In this document: positions 1 to 11,050 of the stretch, piece by piece
Layout of the letters: each line of letters starts with the position of its first letter
Numbering within the stretch: the first letter of the stretch is position 1
Origin: Psilocybe cubensis
Lineage: Eukaryota
Assembly: GCA_017499595.2 (NCBI GenBank)
Contig: CM039004.1
Coordinates: 682,001-746,000, forward strand
Direction of reading: 5' to 3'
Length of the DNA stretch: 64,000 nt
Notes under the pieces: model-generated
Databases searched by the model: none
What the model was told of the DNA's origin: nothing
The model's input: only the letters and a program-made list of their open reading frames with translations
Made by a program: the position numbers and the translations under genes

Positions 1-910
1 CCGCGGAATTCGGGGCTTCGCGATCATAGGAGGAAGCGCAAAGTTTACTCTTTGGAAGCTGCAGGGGAACCAGGCGAGTGCAGCTCTCCGTCTTCATCAA
101 AATTCCCCCCCCTTGCTTCCTATCAAGAACTAAACCCCGGTCATTTTCTTCTTCTATTGTCCACAGGGCGGAGCCGCGAACACCCCGGACACCTTCCGCG
201 GATACCTCAACGAAGGCGGGCTCTACGCAGAGCGAGTTGGCGCGCACCTCCCTGATTTCCCGGACGCATCTTGGGCAGACGGTACACCTCTCACAGGAGG
301 AGGCGTCAAAGGGGCTGGGGTAAATTTCTTCAGAACCACTTTTGATCTTGTAGGTTTTTACGTTCGTCGCTATTGGCATTGGGTTCTTCATTTTGAAATC
401 GATCAAACGCATTTTTTGGCAGAGAGTGCCTGCTGGAATTGACATGCCCGTCCGGCTTTCTATCACTCCCAGTGCTATCACCTCCAACTTCCGAGCTCAG
501 ATCTATCTCAACGGGTGGCAAATTGGGAAATACATCAACAACATAGGGTACATATCCAATCTATCCGTTCATCTAGCATAACAAGTTAATGATCTTCTTC
601 GTCCTCACAAAATTGTAGCCCTCAAACTCTATTCGTTCTTCCTGCAGGGTGTGTTCCGTCCTACTCCGATTAAAAAGAAAAAATACTAAAAAACTTTAAT
701 TATACAACCAGGATCTTACGCCGCAATTCGACCAACACACTAGCACTTTCCCTTTGGTCCCTTGATGGGGGAGGTGCCAGCCTCGCAGGGTTGAACCTCG
801 TATCCGATGGAACCTTCGAGACATCCTTCCAGTTCAACGACTACGTGACGCCCGATTATGCAGACCAAGCACACCTGCGACCTGCTGCTATCTTCGACGC
901 GCCAATGTGA
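1..910 (+). CDS. Beta-galactosidase (GH35), C-terminal jelly-roll region, 5'-partial, multi-exon
   Basis: Spliced translation RGIRGF..WKLQGNQ|GGAANTPDTFRGYLNEGGLYAERVGAHLP..NFFRTTFDL|..FRAQIYLNGWQIGKYINNIG|PQTLFVLPAG|ILRRNSTNTLALSLWSLD matches the fungal GH35 C-terminus; TGA at 908-910. Confidence 0.9.
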
Positions 911-1057
911 GCCTTCATCATGGGAGATGGATGTCATAACTGGTTTCAAGTCGATATAAGGAGAGAAAAAGGCGATAAGAATAGGTAAAATGAATAAAGA
1001 AAGCCATATTAATCGCATCAATAAATATGGACGAGGATTTTACTTGGCGTATAACGT

Positions 1058-3109
1058 TTATTCTTCATCGCTTTGATCCTGAAGGAAAGCTGCGATACTT
1101 CTACGAGCGTTTGCCTGCCAAATCATATATTACTAAGATTATTTGGGCCGAAAAAAATCACATTGCTCACCATTTTTCTGGGTGCTGGTACTTCATCTTC
1201 TGACTCGTCTTCATCCTTTCCTTGGTCAGATTTATCTTCATCGTCGTCATCGTCGTCGGGATTTTTAGAAACAGCGCTTCGGCTTCGCGACTCTCGACCA
1301 CTCTTCTTCTCAAATTCCAGGACATCCTCTACGTGAAAATCCATTTCATTAATTTAAAAAAAAATAAAAGTGCAAAGACATCTTTCCATGAAAAGACTTA
1401 CGTATCTCCTGCTCAAGCTCTCTTTTCTCCTTGATCGCTTTCGCTTGTTCTAGACTCATCCTGCCCGTCATGCCCAATTCGGTGAGAGTCTCTTTCAATT
1501 TTCTAATTTGTTGCTGTGGTGTATCGCATCCCTCTAAAAATCGCGACCACACCTTGCGCATGCCGCAGGCTATCATAAGAGACTAGCTTGTTGGTTCAGC
1601 GAATGTTTTCATTCGACCAGAGATCAACATGCAGCTTACCTTGAGGCGTTTGATGGTTGCCTCATCTTTGGATATTGCAGCGGCAGGTTTTTTTGAGGTT
1701 GATTTAGATGATTTCTAGAAATTCGTGAAAAAGGGTGTATCAGAACACCTATCCGGCGCAGGAGGAAGAAACGAAATGGACATACTTTTTCTGAAGTTCC
1801 TGATGTCGATTTTCTCTTTTTCTTCGGTGGCTCGTCGATTAGAACGGAGAGCACAGAAGCATCGCTTTTGTTTCCCTCCTAGATCACACATGTCAGTCTA
1901 GATCCACAGCAGTAGCCCGCCATACATACCTCCTCATCTTCTGTCTTCTTAGCCACAGGTTTTGATTTCGACTTTGGCTTGGAACTGGGTTTAGCAGGTG
2001 CTGCCTTGCGAGGTGTGGAGTCCACTGTCTTGCTCCTGGGTTTCTTTACGGGTGATGAGAGGGGTTTCTTCGATAGCGGGTCATCGGGTTCGTCTTGCTC
2101 CATATCTGAAGTCGGGACGTGTTCCTAATCAGAGTTAAAGCAAGAACAGTAAAGCATAGTAAGACGAAGAACTCACCAAGGACTTGAATTTCTTGTTATC
2201 AGACTGCTTTTCCTTCCCTTTCCCCGTAGTTTTGGCTTTACTAACACTTGCGGGTTTGGAATCCTCGACTTTATTTGTCTTTTGTTTCGATTTCGGCTTA
2301 GCCTTTGGTTCTTCGTCTTCATATTCATCATCGTCGACGTTCTCGTCATCCTTCTGCAAGTCCGGCTCATGGTCTTCCTCGTCCTCCGTATCCGACAGTA
2401 CTGTTCTTGATTTTGACTTTGCTTTCCTCGGCGTAGACTTTGTCGTCTTTGGGGTAGTCTTCGAAGCCGGCTTCTCGCCCTTTACATCCAATTTTGCTGA
2501 TTTCTTCACAGGGCTGCCCCAAAGACTATCCTCTTCATCATCATCTACCTTGTCAACTACGTGCTTAGCCGTCTTCGGAGTCGGCGCGTCATCTTCCTCA
2601 TCGTTGTCGCTCACAACGACCTTCTTTAGCTTTCCGTTTGCACTGCGCTTCTTAGTGGTCGGGTTGGATGCATCAGGTTGTGACGTCTTTTTCATAGTCG
2701 CTTTTGTTTTCGACTTTGGAGGAATGGCAGCTTCTTCTGTCGGTGCGTCTTCATCTTCTTCACTGCCATCACGTTTAGACTAAACAGCAGCAGTAAGAAT
2801 TGAATAAAAAGACGCCGCAGGTTGTATAAATCAAACGACGTACAGCTTCAATAGCGTCCAATGTCGCCTGCTTGATCGGACCCTTGTACTGAGGCACATC
2901 CAAAGAACCCTTTGCAAGCTCGAATTCTTCCTCAATCTTCTGTCGGATAATTCGCTGAGTTAACTGCCTGTTTGTGAACCAAATCATTGGTCAGGTTAGT
3001 ATATGAATGGCAAAGACGAGACGAACCCTAGTGCGCTTTGTTTTGCTGCTGATCGGACGAGCTTTGTCGCTGCTCTTTGGAGCTCGGAAACTGAAGGATT
3101 GGAAGACAT
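1058..3109 (-). CDS. HIRIP3-like (HIRA-interacting/histone chaperone) protein, multi-exon
   Basis: ATG 3109; N-terminal LTQRIIRQKIEEEFEL (DEK_C-like); K/D/E-rich disordered middle; C-terminal IACGMRKVW..LKETLTELGMTGRMSLEQAKAIKEKRELEQEI; ends FLQDQSDEE-TAA at 1058. Confidence 0.65.
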
Positions 3110-3831
3110 ATTCTAGACCGGTTTTGAACAAGCCTGAGTCGTGTTGGGAGTCAAATTTTAAATCGGAGGTGAATTGGGGTCTTGTTGGGGTGCCAGGGAG
3201 GTATTTAACGTTGCAAAACCGTATCCTAGATCAATGATACTGAGGTTACAAGAGATTCAGAGTGCTTAAGCAACGAAACAATATCGCAGCCGGGATGGTC
3301 AATGGTAAGAGGCAAAGAACGGAATGCGCTTGGAATGCGCACCCGATGCTGATGGACAACACGGTTTAATTATAGCATGTGATGTGACGTGCCGTGTTTG
3401 GTCACGCAGATCGACGCGCCTTGTCGTAGCGGTGGCAATTCGGCAAAAGCGAGTTACCAGTTGGAAGATTCTCTCATAAGGTTACTCATATAGGAGAATA
3501 AAATAGTGTATAACTAAATTAATGGTCAATACATTTTATTTTTCATCCAAGTGCGATAATGGTGATGATGTAGCGATAGGGGCTAAATAGGGGAAACGTC
3601 GTAGGTCGCCGAATCGACAAAAGAAATTCATAACTCGAAAGCAATAGTTGTTTAGTACACCAATAAATAATTGAAAACATATACTACTTCACATAAAACA
3701 GGAACACGTGTAGATGTTTCTAGATTATTTGATAGTGCAATATGTTATAGTATGATACATGCATCAGGATTTCATTGTTCAATGGGAACGTTCGTATATT
3801 GTAAATTGTTCCAGGAGGTGCTAGAAGCCGC

Positions 3832-5478
3832 TCAAGAGAGCCATAATTGAGAGGGGAGGCCAAGACGAGGATCAACTTGTAGAACTATGCGCGAATTTGA
3901 AGGTTTAGCATAGCGTATATCGACTTTGAAAGAGTCTTTGTCGTTGAATTGTTTTAAGATCGTTTCCATCTGTGAATTATCAGATTCATGTTCCCGAAGT
4001 ACCACAATTCTCTTTAACTTGCTGACCCCAGGACTGGATCTGTCTCGCCGAAGATGTATGAATTCTAACAGCTTTTCGTCGGAGAAATGTGCTGGAGTAC
4101 CCCAGTCAATGATTTGTAACTTTGGTAGGAAAAAGCGGCCTGCGGAATCCGGGGTGCACAGCAAGTCTAATAGAGCGTCATTAAAGTTGAGGTGTCGTTG
4201 GGGCGTTTGCTGAGTTCGGGAAACTCTCACAAAGATCGCCAAATTGGGCTTAGGGCAGCTGGACAGGTTGACGAGGTTAGGACAGTGACGGAGGCACAGT
4301 AGAAAATCCTCGTTCGACAACAGTTGAAAGTCTGAGATAAGAGTTTGAAGACCGTTGGCTACTCGTGGTATAAATGACAACAGAGTGCCTTTGCCTTCAG
4401 GATAAGTGTAATGATATCTAATATATTGGAGGGAAGGGACATCCAGACAATCCAAGAAGTTACATCCAGTGTCAAAAAGAATCAACGAATTTAGCATCGG
4501 AAGAGTAATGGTTTTATTGTATGAAGAAGAGGAATTGGGCGTAGCCACGATATGAAGCCGGAAAAGTGACTTGCATGACTCTAACACCTTCCCCACGTCG
4601 GATATTGACCTTGATCCGCAGGTCAAAGATAATGTATGAAGGCGTGCCCAATGCAATGGGAGCTGGGTGAGATCCTCGGGTATATTTTCGAATGAGACAG
4701 CAGTGAGGTTTGATGCTTCACAAATCCCGTGCCTTTGAGCCAACGTAGGCCGATCTAGCAAATATAAATCCACAACGGTTATGGCCAAAGAGGTCAACAT
4801 GGGGAATTTTGACCTATCCATCGCAAATATATCGGACAGATACCTCGAAGGCATGTTGAAGTTGGTTTCCTTCCAACGGTGGGAGTTACTGTTCAGGCAT
4901 CTCAGCACTTGTTTCTCAAAACCTGCCCAGACAGGGTGGGAATTGACGGGTATGAAGATCGATATGTACAGTGGACATTCCCCCGACCGAGCAATCCAGT
5001 CAAAAACCAGTTTAGTTCGACATTCGACTTGCCGAGAAATATAATCATCTCGGAGGGTAAGCGAGTTCCGTGAATCTATGGGTGGTGTAGAAATGTGAAT
5101 TGTGGACCAAATAATGGGTGTGGTGAGAGCAATCTTGCGCCATTTACTGCATACGCGAGTGAGGATCAACGGTGCTTCGTTTGGGCTAATGATTGAATTT
5201 GTCTCGGTGGGGAGGCAGTAGAAAAAGATCTCCGCTAGGATTTCAGTAGGAAGCCGTCGTAATGGGGAGGCCAATGCCTTGTATTGGTCGATCTTCAAGG
5301 ATAGCGTGTCGTATTGTGTGCGAAGGTCTTCATACGCTTTGAGAGCCAGGTCCACCCTTGCCTCAAGAACCTTTAACTCGGCCATGTGTTCTGATATATG
5401 TTGCTTTATTGTGACGAGCTCGATCTCATTGGGGATGTAGGTTGAGCCTAGTTGTGAAGACAACAAAGGGGCAGACAT
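3832..5478 (-). CDS. F-box protein with LRR-like C-terminus (agaric expanded family), single exon
   Basis: Coiled coil, then SPLRRLPTEILAEIFFYCLP..APLILTRVCSKWRKIALTTPIIWS, then LxxLxL repeats. Confidence 0.85.
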   Translation of the reverse strand: MSAPLLSSQLGSTYIPNEIELVTIKQHISEHMAELKVLEARVDLALKAYEDLRTQYDTLSLKIDQYKALASPLRRLPTEILAEIFFYCLPTETNSIISPNEAPLILTRVCSKWRKIALTTPIIWSTIHISTPPIDSRNSLTLRDDYISRQVECRTKLVFDWIARSGECPLYISIFIPVNSHPVWAGFEKQVLRCLNSNSHRWKETNFNMPSRYLSDIFAMDRSKFPMLTSLAITVVDLYLLDRPTLAQRHGICEASNLTAVSFENIPEDLTQLPLHWARLHTLSLTCGSRSISDVGKVLESCKSLFRLHIVATPNSSSSYNKTITLPMLNSLILFDTGCNFLDCLDVPSLQYIRYHYTYPEGKGTLLSFIPRVANGLQTLISDFQLLSNEDFLLCLRHCPNLVNLSSCPKPNLAIFVRVSRTQQTPQRHLNFNDALLDLLCTPDSAGRFFLPKLQIIDWGTPAHFSDEKLLEFIHLRRDRSSPGVSKLKRIVVLREHESDNSQMETILKQFNDKDSFKVDIRYAKPSNSRIVLQVDPRLGLPSQLWLS

Positions 5479-5889
5479 GTTTTATTCCGTCAGTGAAGAG
5501 GGACTTGAGTTGGTGCAACTTGGAGAGAGAGAAATTCTTGTGTATGGAGCCTGACCTGATGACTCATAGGTGCGTCGAGGCCGGAATCTAGAATGTATTA
5601 TTGGCACACAAGTACGATTGTCTAATATTAATACGATTTCCTGGATAACATCATGGTCATGAAAATGCCTAAACACACTCGTAATATTTGGTCGCTAATA
5701 GCGGCACGGAATAGGTTGATGATTGAGAAATACAGTAAAGCGAAAGTCAATGGGTATAGGAATACGGATATCAAAGCTCAATGGAAGTATATATACAACA
5801 GGAAAAGGGTAAGATATAGCACAGGAATAGTAAAATCTTCAAGAGGGGTACAATAGCGCAAGATGGATACCACTGGACCTTAACTTTGC

Positions 5890-7086
5890 TTAACCTCTGA
5901 CTCTTGCCCGCTTGCTGACGCTGCTAATGGATACTGAAACGTCCACTTCTTGGCTCCTTGTTAGACGGTGTCTGCGAGGGATGGGCCTAATAACCCTTTG
6001 CTCTGTAACGGTTGACACCGACAAATCAGATACATGTGCAAGTGAAATAGTCTCGCGTTCTTGCCATGTCCCAGTTCGATCGCGATTGGGACTAGATTGT
6101 TCCCATACAGCGTTGCGCAAGCGCGGATAGGACATGTCATGACTGTTTGAAGGGGAGCTTTGTGCCGATGACGCTCGTTCTTTGCGCAGGACGCTGCAAA
6201 GCCCCTCCTCGACGCTGATTCGACGAGCATCAGAGTGCCTGAGCCTACAAACATTCAGCATTCTGTCAAAAACAAATTTGAGTATATACCTTTCCTCCAT
6301 CTCCTGCATCATCTCCGCCAGCCTCTCATTCTCCGTCTTCAAACTGTCCCTCTCTGCTTTTACATCATCAATTGTCTTGCGAGCACTTCCGATGTATTCC
6401 TGGAATTCGCTTTCCAAATCTCCTAGCTTCTCCTCGAGTTCATTAGCATGGTCACGTAAGTCCGCCTCCCCTGTCCGGTGCGCATGCATAGTCGCCTGAA
6501 GACGGTCATAGCTAGCCATGAGGTTTTGTTCTCTTTTCTTCCGGTCCGCGAGCTTCTTGTATACTTTTTCCAGTTCGTTTTGCAGGTGCTCTATTTCAGC
6601 AGCAGAGGCGGCGGCAGCGTCAGTTTGGGAGGTTGGGCTGATATAAACACGGCGAAGAGAGTGAGAGACAAAGGCATGGTATTGTTTTGGGAGAAATCGT
6701 AGCTAGAATCATAATGAAATTTGTTAAGTACGCGCCATGTCGGTACGAAAGAGAAGCAAAAAGACAGACGTACATCAGGAACCACTAGCGACAGCATAAA
6801 GAAAATTAGAACCTACGGGAATAAGTTGAAAGAAACTCACCCAAAGGAAAATCGCTTCGACACTCTGGACACGTCGATGTCATACCAACACTGTCTGAAC
6901 GCAGGTTAACGTGCTGAGTGATGCATTCTTCACAATAAAGATGTCCTGTGAATGCAAGGGATGATATATAAGGTGAGAACACAGTTTCTTTAGTTTTATG
7001 CAATGACCATCCAAACCATTCCACTCACCACAAGGTAAAGACATAACGGGACCCTTGAACTCAGACAAACAGATACCACAAGCCAT
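5890..7086 (-). CDS. RING-finger/coiled-coil protein, paralogue 1
   Basis: MACGICLSEFKGPVMSLPCG|HLYCEECITQH..TCPECR (C3HC4 split by an intron), coiled coil in 5890-6519, C-terminal RVIRPIPRR. Confidence 0.8.
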
Positions 7087-7169
7087 TATTAGTTCAGGGT
7101 CAATTATAGCGGTGTAAAATTAGAGATATATGCGAGTTATGATGGTACAGAGAGGAAAGGTCGTTGTAG

Positions 7170-7270
7170 TCCGGCCTCATCTATCCTCGATCGCTTGCTA
7201 AACCAAACAAAAAGGGTTGGGCTGTGCTTGAGTGAGCTCAAGGCGGGCACGCAGAGCGGATTGAGCCGCT
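7170..7270. repeat. Split direct repeat B2 (101 bp, identical to B1 7614-7714)
   Basis: tccggcctcatctatcc...gattgagccgct occurs twice. Confidence 0.95.
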
Positions 7271-7429
7271 GGGTGGGCGGGAAATCCTCTCTGCGATTAA
7301 ATTCAGCTCAACAAGCTATCGAGGATGTCAGATGCGACCAAAATTATTTACATGTTCGATACTATACTATGATGCAACTAATAAAATTTACAAATAATTC
7401 ATGATGACAAGGGCGGGTAAGGGTGGGAA

Positions 7430-7714
7430 AAAGAAAAGTGAATCGAGCAATTTCTGCGATTCTGGATCGATTGGAACTACTGAAGAACTAACGATGGGTA
7501 GAATTTGTTTTGTGGTGGACGATAAAGAAAAGAAAGTGAAACGTGGGAAATCAATTTGCGATCTGTGTTGCCGTTCGGCTGGACGCTGGTGCTGTTTGTC
7601 CGCACCTTGCTACTCCGGCCTCATCTATCCTCGATCGCTTGCTAAACCAAACAAAAAGGGTTGGGCTGTGCTTGAGTGAGCTCAAGGCGGGCACGCAGAG
7701 CGGATTGAGCCGCT
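7430..7714. repeat. Adjacent A2 (7430-7614) and B1 (7614-7714) repeats: the circle-junction copy
   Basis: A2 is identical to 12464-12648 and B1 to 7170-7270; junction ttgctac-t-ccggcc. Confidence 0.95.
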
Positions 7715-7858
7715 TACCCATCAAGCCTTCACTCTCACTGCGGCACAATCGTGAAGCCAGCCCAACCCGAGTGAAGGCGTGTTACGTGTAACCTGTTGGT
7801 ATGTAACATGTTTAGAGACATTCATCAAAACTAGGAAAACTGATTACCCACTATCATT

Positions 7859-10800
7859 TCAGGATGTACGAACGAGATTTGGATGATGGAATGACACTCG
7901 TGAGCTTCCTAAATGTCGGTTTGCGATGAGTTCGAAGGAACGAATGTACACTTGGTAAGCCAATGATTTCCATCTGCCTGCAACTCTAATATGTTCCGGA
8001 TTCTTTCCTTCTGCTAGGTAAAAAGATGCACCACCTATCCTGAAGGAGTGTCCGAACATTGTTCCCCATCCCCACGCCTGCAAGATGTTATTGATCCGTT
8101 TGAGGGCTGCAGTCCTTACCATGGGGCGTATGTTTCCGTTCCTATCTGACCATGAAAATAATGGGTCTGACGCGCCGGCGGGAGTCACTTTTGCCATGTT
8201 CTCTAAAGCCTGTATTGGGCATAAGCCAGGTTGTGGTACTACAAAAACAGACTGAATTTCTCCGGATTTTGCAGTTTTGGCGGACGGTAAGTCCAATCTT
8301 GCGTATCTCTTTCCATCTAGATCAAAATCTAAGTGTACGTCTTTCCTTTTCAGATGTTTCTTCTGGTCGAAGTTGTTCCTGCTTTTTACGGTTACCTCTC
8401 CAAATCTCATCATTCCCCAGAAGGCGCAAGTTGCTATTGCCCAAATACATGCGTCAAATGAGTCGGATAGGTTTAGTGTTGATTTGAGTGCATGAAGCAT
8501 CGGAACTGTGATTGGTGGGCGTACAGGACGAGATCTCGAGCCAAAAACGTTTTCAAGTCCTCGAAGCGACCATTCAATTCTTTTGTGTTGATCTCCGGTG
8601 AGTGGTTCTGGCCAACCTTGTGCTAGATGCCATGCTCTAATTCCGGATAGGTACTTTGATACTGTTGCCTTTGCAATTGTTTCGAATTTGATTTCATTAA
8701 CAATTGACGGGTCTAATGTTTTGGGGTCGGTTATTGCCCATATGGCAAAAGAATTCAATACTTCGAATGAAGCTGGTAAACGCATAGCCTCGGGTATTGA
8801 AAATATATCACAAAAGGTGTGAAATTTCTTGATGGCTGACCCGGGGCTTGAAGTGTCTCTTAATGAAGCATGTGAAGCTAAATCCGCAAGAAAACGTATA
8901 ATTGGAGCGTTGATGGTCGAGAGAGGAGGTTGGTTTATCCCTTTCCATAAAAATATCCTCTCGTCTGCTCTGCAGTTAGGGCGTAACTCGGTGTTTGGTT
9001 GCATTTGATTGTGCGTGTCTTCCTCTACAAAATTGTCTAGCCCTAGTAAATTGTCGAATGCTTGCGTAGGATGGATTAATGCCGATGCGACTGTTATCAC
9101 ATTGGTACTAGGAGTTCCTTTAAATGGAGTGGTAGGATTAGCTTTGATTTCCGATTGGCCTTTGGGAAGCCTGATAAAAAACCGGATATGTCTCCTCTTG
9201 AAAGTGAGTCTGTGATGTTTGTTCGACTTGGGACGTAGATTGCTGATAATCGCATTTTGTGCTGCGCTAGAATTGTATATATGTTCTTCAATATCATGTT
9301 TATTTCGTTGTTCCTTGAACGTCCCCCGTTGAGGACTGCTACCACTCCCTCGTTGTCTGATCGTACCAGATAATGCCCCGCTGACATGTTCAATTCTTGG
9401 ACTGCCATCCGTAATGCCAGCTCGACTGCAACTGCTTCTGCCCATCCTATATCGTATCTCCTCTTGGGTCCAATCTTGATTCCGGGTGCCCATTTCCACA
9501 CTCCCCATAAGCTGCTGACAGTTGCCCCAATTCCAAATGATGTGCTTGCATCTCCCCACCAGTCTATGTCCTGTGTATGTGACCCCATTAATGGTAGCTC
9601 GTTGGGAAGTATCTCGAGCAGTTCTAGTATCCATCTTATGTCCTTCAGCACTGCTGTTGTGGGAAATAGATGTGCGCGGAAGGATTGGAATTTTGTTGCG
9701 AATTTGGAAATGGCCACCATAAAAGGTCGAATGAGGGGGTAGATGCCAGATATGTGCACTAATTTTCCATGCAGACTTGCCGCCTCTTGTGCTGAAAATT
9801 TTGCGCCTTCTACCAGCCAGGATCGTAATAAGGATTGTAGTTTGTCTAGTTTTTCCACTGGAATGCTGACTGATTTGAGTTTCAGATTCCAGTCGAAGCC
9901 TATGTAACGTTGTATCAGCGCAAAAAGCCTGACTTTTATCAAGCTCCATGGCACTCCTAAATCTGCTGTAAATTTGATGAATTCTTCTTCTGTCCAAGTT
10001 TGACCGGGTAAGCGAATTACGAAGAAATCGTCTACCCATTTGATCAATGGACCAAAACCTGCTGCAGTATAGATGTCTACCAGCATATCGGCTACCCAAC
10101 CAAATACCCCTGCACTTGATGACATTCCAAACATGACAGCACGGTCGACCCATACTCTTCCTTTCCAGTAGATACATAATGAATTTTGCTGCTCGGGACG
10201 TATTGGAGTCATCCGATATGCTGCAGATATGTCGAATGTGGCTGCTACAGCTCCCGGAGGAATAGATAAAAGCATTTCCGATGCTTTCTCGAATGTTCCC
10301 CATGCTGTCGGAAATTTGTCTGAGTCGATTCCTGCATTGACTGATGTAATTGGACCATTGCGAGGATATGATAGGTCTTGAATCATCCGGTATTTCTTGG
10401 ATGAATTTCCAGGTTTTGGAACTAGACCGATGGGAGATGTTCTGAATGGGCCAATCAGATCTTCCAATTCTTGAGGTGAGTATGAACGTGAATAACGTCC
10501 CGCTTTTTCCTCCTCTTCTATGTAAGAATCTATAAATTCCGTGTCGAGTAACGATGATGAATGATTTTCGAAATAACAAGGTTTTAGTTGGTTGTGATTT
10601 TATTCCAACGTCAAACCCATTGCGTAATCCTTGTAAAACGTGCGTCCAATCGTCAATAATTCCCAATGCCTTTAACAATGCTTCACACTTGTCAACATTG
10701 ATTGGTGTTACCACCTGTCTAGGATCCAACGCCATATTAGTATGATCTAGAGGCTTTGGGACATGCTCTCGCTCCGTGGTTAACATCTCCGCACACGCTG

Positions 10801-11050
10801 CATCCATGGAAATTGAAGCAGCCTCCTCCGTATGTGCAAGATGAATCTTTTGCCCAATTGAAACAGAAAGACTTTCCGTTGTTATTAATGAGGGTATTTC
10901 TTCCTCGCCCATTCTCGGTGGTAACTGTTGCTGCTGGAATGCCGGCTGCTGTGACATTGGCTTTGCAATCTGCTGGCATGTGTCCTGCAAAGCCGCATCG
11001 AAAGCACAATTGACTGTGTGTGGATATTCCTGTGCGTGCACGTTTGCCAC
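7859..11050 (-). CDS. ORF whose C-terminal ~400 aa is a tyrosine recombinase; its upstream part overlaps RT in another frame and includes the RT N-terminus
   Basis: GMMRFGE (R), SAKTAK (K), GHSFRIGGA (HxxR), AGRWKS (W), AYQVY (Y); YR domain approx. 7859-9100. Confidence 0.9.
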   Translation of the reverse strand: MANVHAQEYPHTVNCAFDAALQDTCQQIAKPMSQQPAFQQQQLPPRMGEEEIPSLITTESLSVSIGQKIHLAHTEEAASISMDAACAEMLTTEREHVPKPLDHTNMALDPRQVVTPINVDKCEALLKALGIIDDWTHVLQGLRNGFDVGIKSQPTKTLLFRKSFIIVTRHGIYRFLHRRGGKSGTLFTFILTSRIGRSDWPIQNISHRSSSKTWKFIQEIPDDSRPIISSQWSNYISQCRNRLRQISDSMGNIRESIGNAFIYSSGSCSSHIRHICSISDDSNTSRAAKFIMYLLERKSMGRPCCHVWNVIKCRGIWLGSRYAGRHLYCSRFWSIDQMGRRFLRNSLTRSNLDRRRIHQIYSRFRSAMELDKSQAFCADTTLHRLRLESETQISQHSSGKTRQTTILITILAGRRRKIFSTRGGKSAWKISAHIWHLPPHSTFYGGHFQIRNKIPILPRTSISHNSSAEGHKMDTRTARDTSQRATINGVTYTGHRLVGRCKHIIWNWGNCQQLMGSVEMGTRNQDWTQEEIRYRMGRSSCSRAGITDGSPRIEHVSGALSGTIRQRGSGSSPQRGTFKEQRNKHDIEEHIYNSSAAQNAIISNLRPKSNKHHRLTFKRRHIRFFIRLPKGQSEIKANPTTPFKGTPSTNVITVASALIHPTQAFDNLLGLDNFVEEDTHNQMQPNTELRPNCRADERIFLWKGINQPPLSTINAPIIRFLADLASHASLRDTSSPGSAIKKFHTFCDIFSIPEAMRLPASFEVLNSFAIWAITDPKTLDPSIVNEIKFETIAKATVSKYLSGIRAWHLAQGWPEPLTGDQHKRIEWSLRGLENVFGSRSRPVRPPITVPMLHALKSTLNLSDSFDACIWAIATCAFWGMMRFGEVTVKSRNNFDQKKHLKRKDVHLDFDLDGKRYARLDLPSAKTAKSGEIQSVFVVPQPGLCPIQALENMAKVTPAGASDPLFSWSDRNGNIRPMVRTAALKRINNILQAWGWGTMFGHSFRIGGASFYLAEGKNPEHIRVAGRWKSLAYQVYIRSFELIANRHLGSSRVSFHHPNLVRTS
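9097..10467 (-). CDS. Reverse transcriptase-RNase H of the YR retrotransposon (frame open to ~10600; N-terminus in another frame)
   Basis: SPIGLVPK..YRMIQDLS..FDISAAY..MFGMSSS..WVDDF; RNase H WGDAS..AEAVA..SDNEG..DSLSR. Confidence 0.92.
   Translation of the reverse strand: MEDLIGPFRTSPIGLVPKPGNSSKKYRMIQDLSYPRNGPITSVNAGIDSDKFPTAWGTFEKASEMLLSIPPGAVAATFDISAAYRMTPIRPEQQNSLCIYWKGRVWVDRAVMFGMSSSAGVFGWVADMLVDIYTAAGFGPLIKWVDDFFVIRLPGQTWTEEEFIKFTADLGVPWSLIKVRLFALIQRYIGFDWNLKLKSVSIPVEKLDKLQSLLRSWLVEGAKFSAQEAASLHGKLVHISGIYPLIRPFMVAISKFATKFQSFRAHLFPTTAVLKDIRWILELLEILPNELPLMGSHTQDIDWWGDASTSFGIGATVSSLWGVWKWAPGIKIGPKRRYDIGWAEAVAVELALRMAVQELNMSAGHYLVRSDNEGVVAVLNGGRSRNNEINMILKNIYTILAQHKMRLSAIYVPSRTNITDSLSRGDISGFLSGFPKANRKSKLILPLHLKELLVPM

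Noticed and set aside
2184-2783. 199-aa Ser/Phe-rich plus-strand ORF
   Set aside because: Antisense of the K/D/E-rich exon of the HIRIP3-like gene
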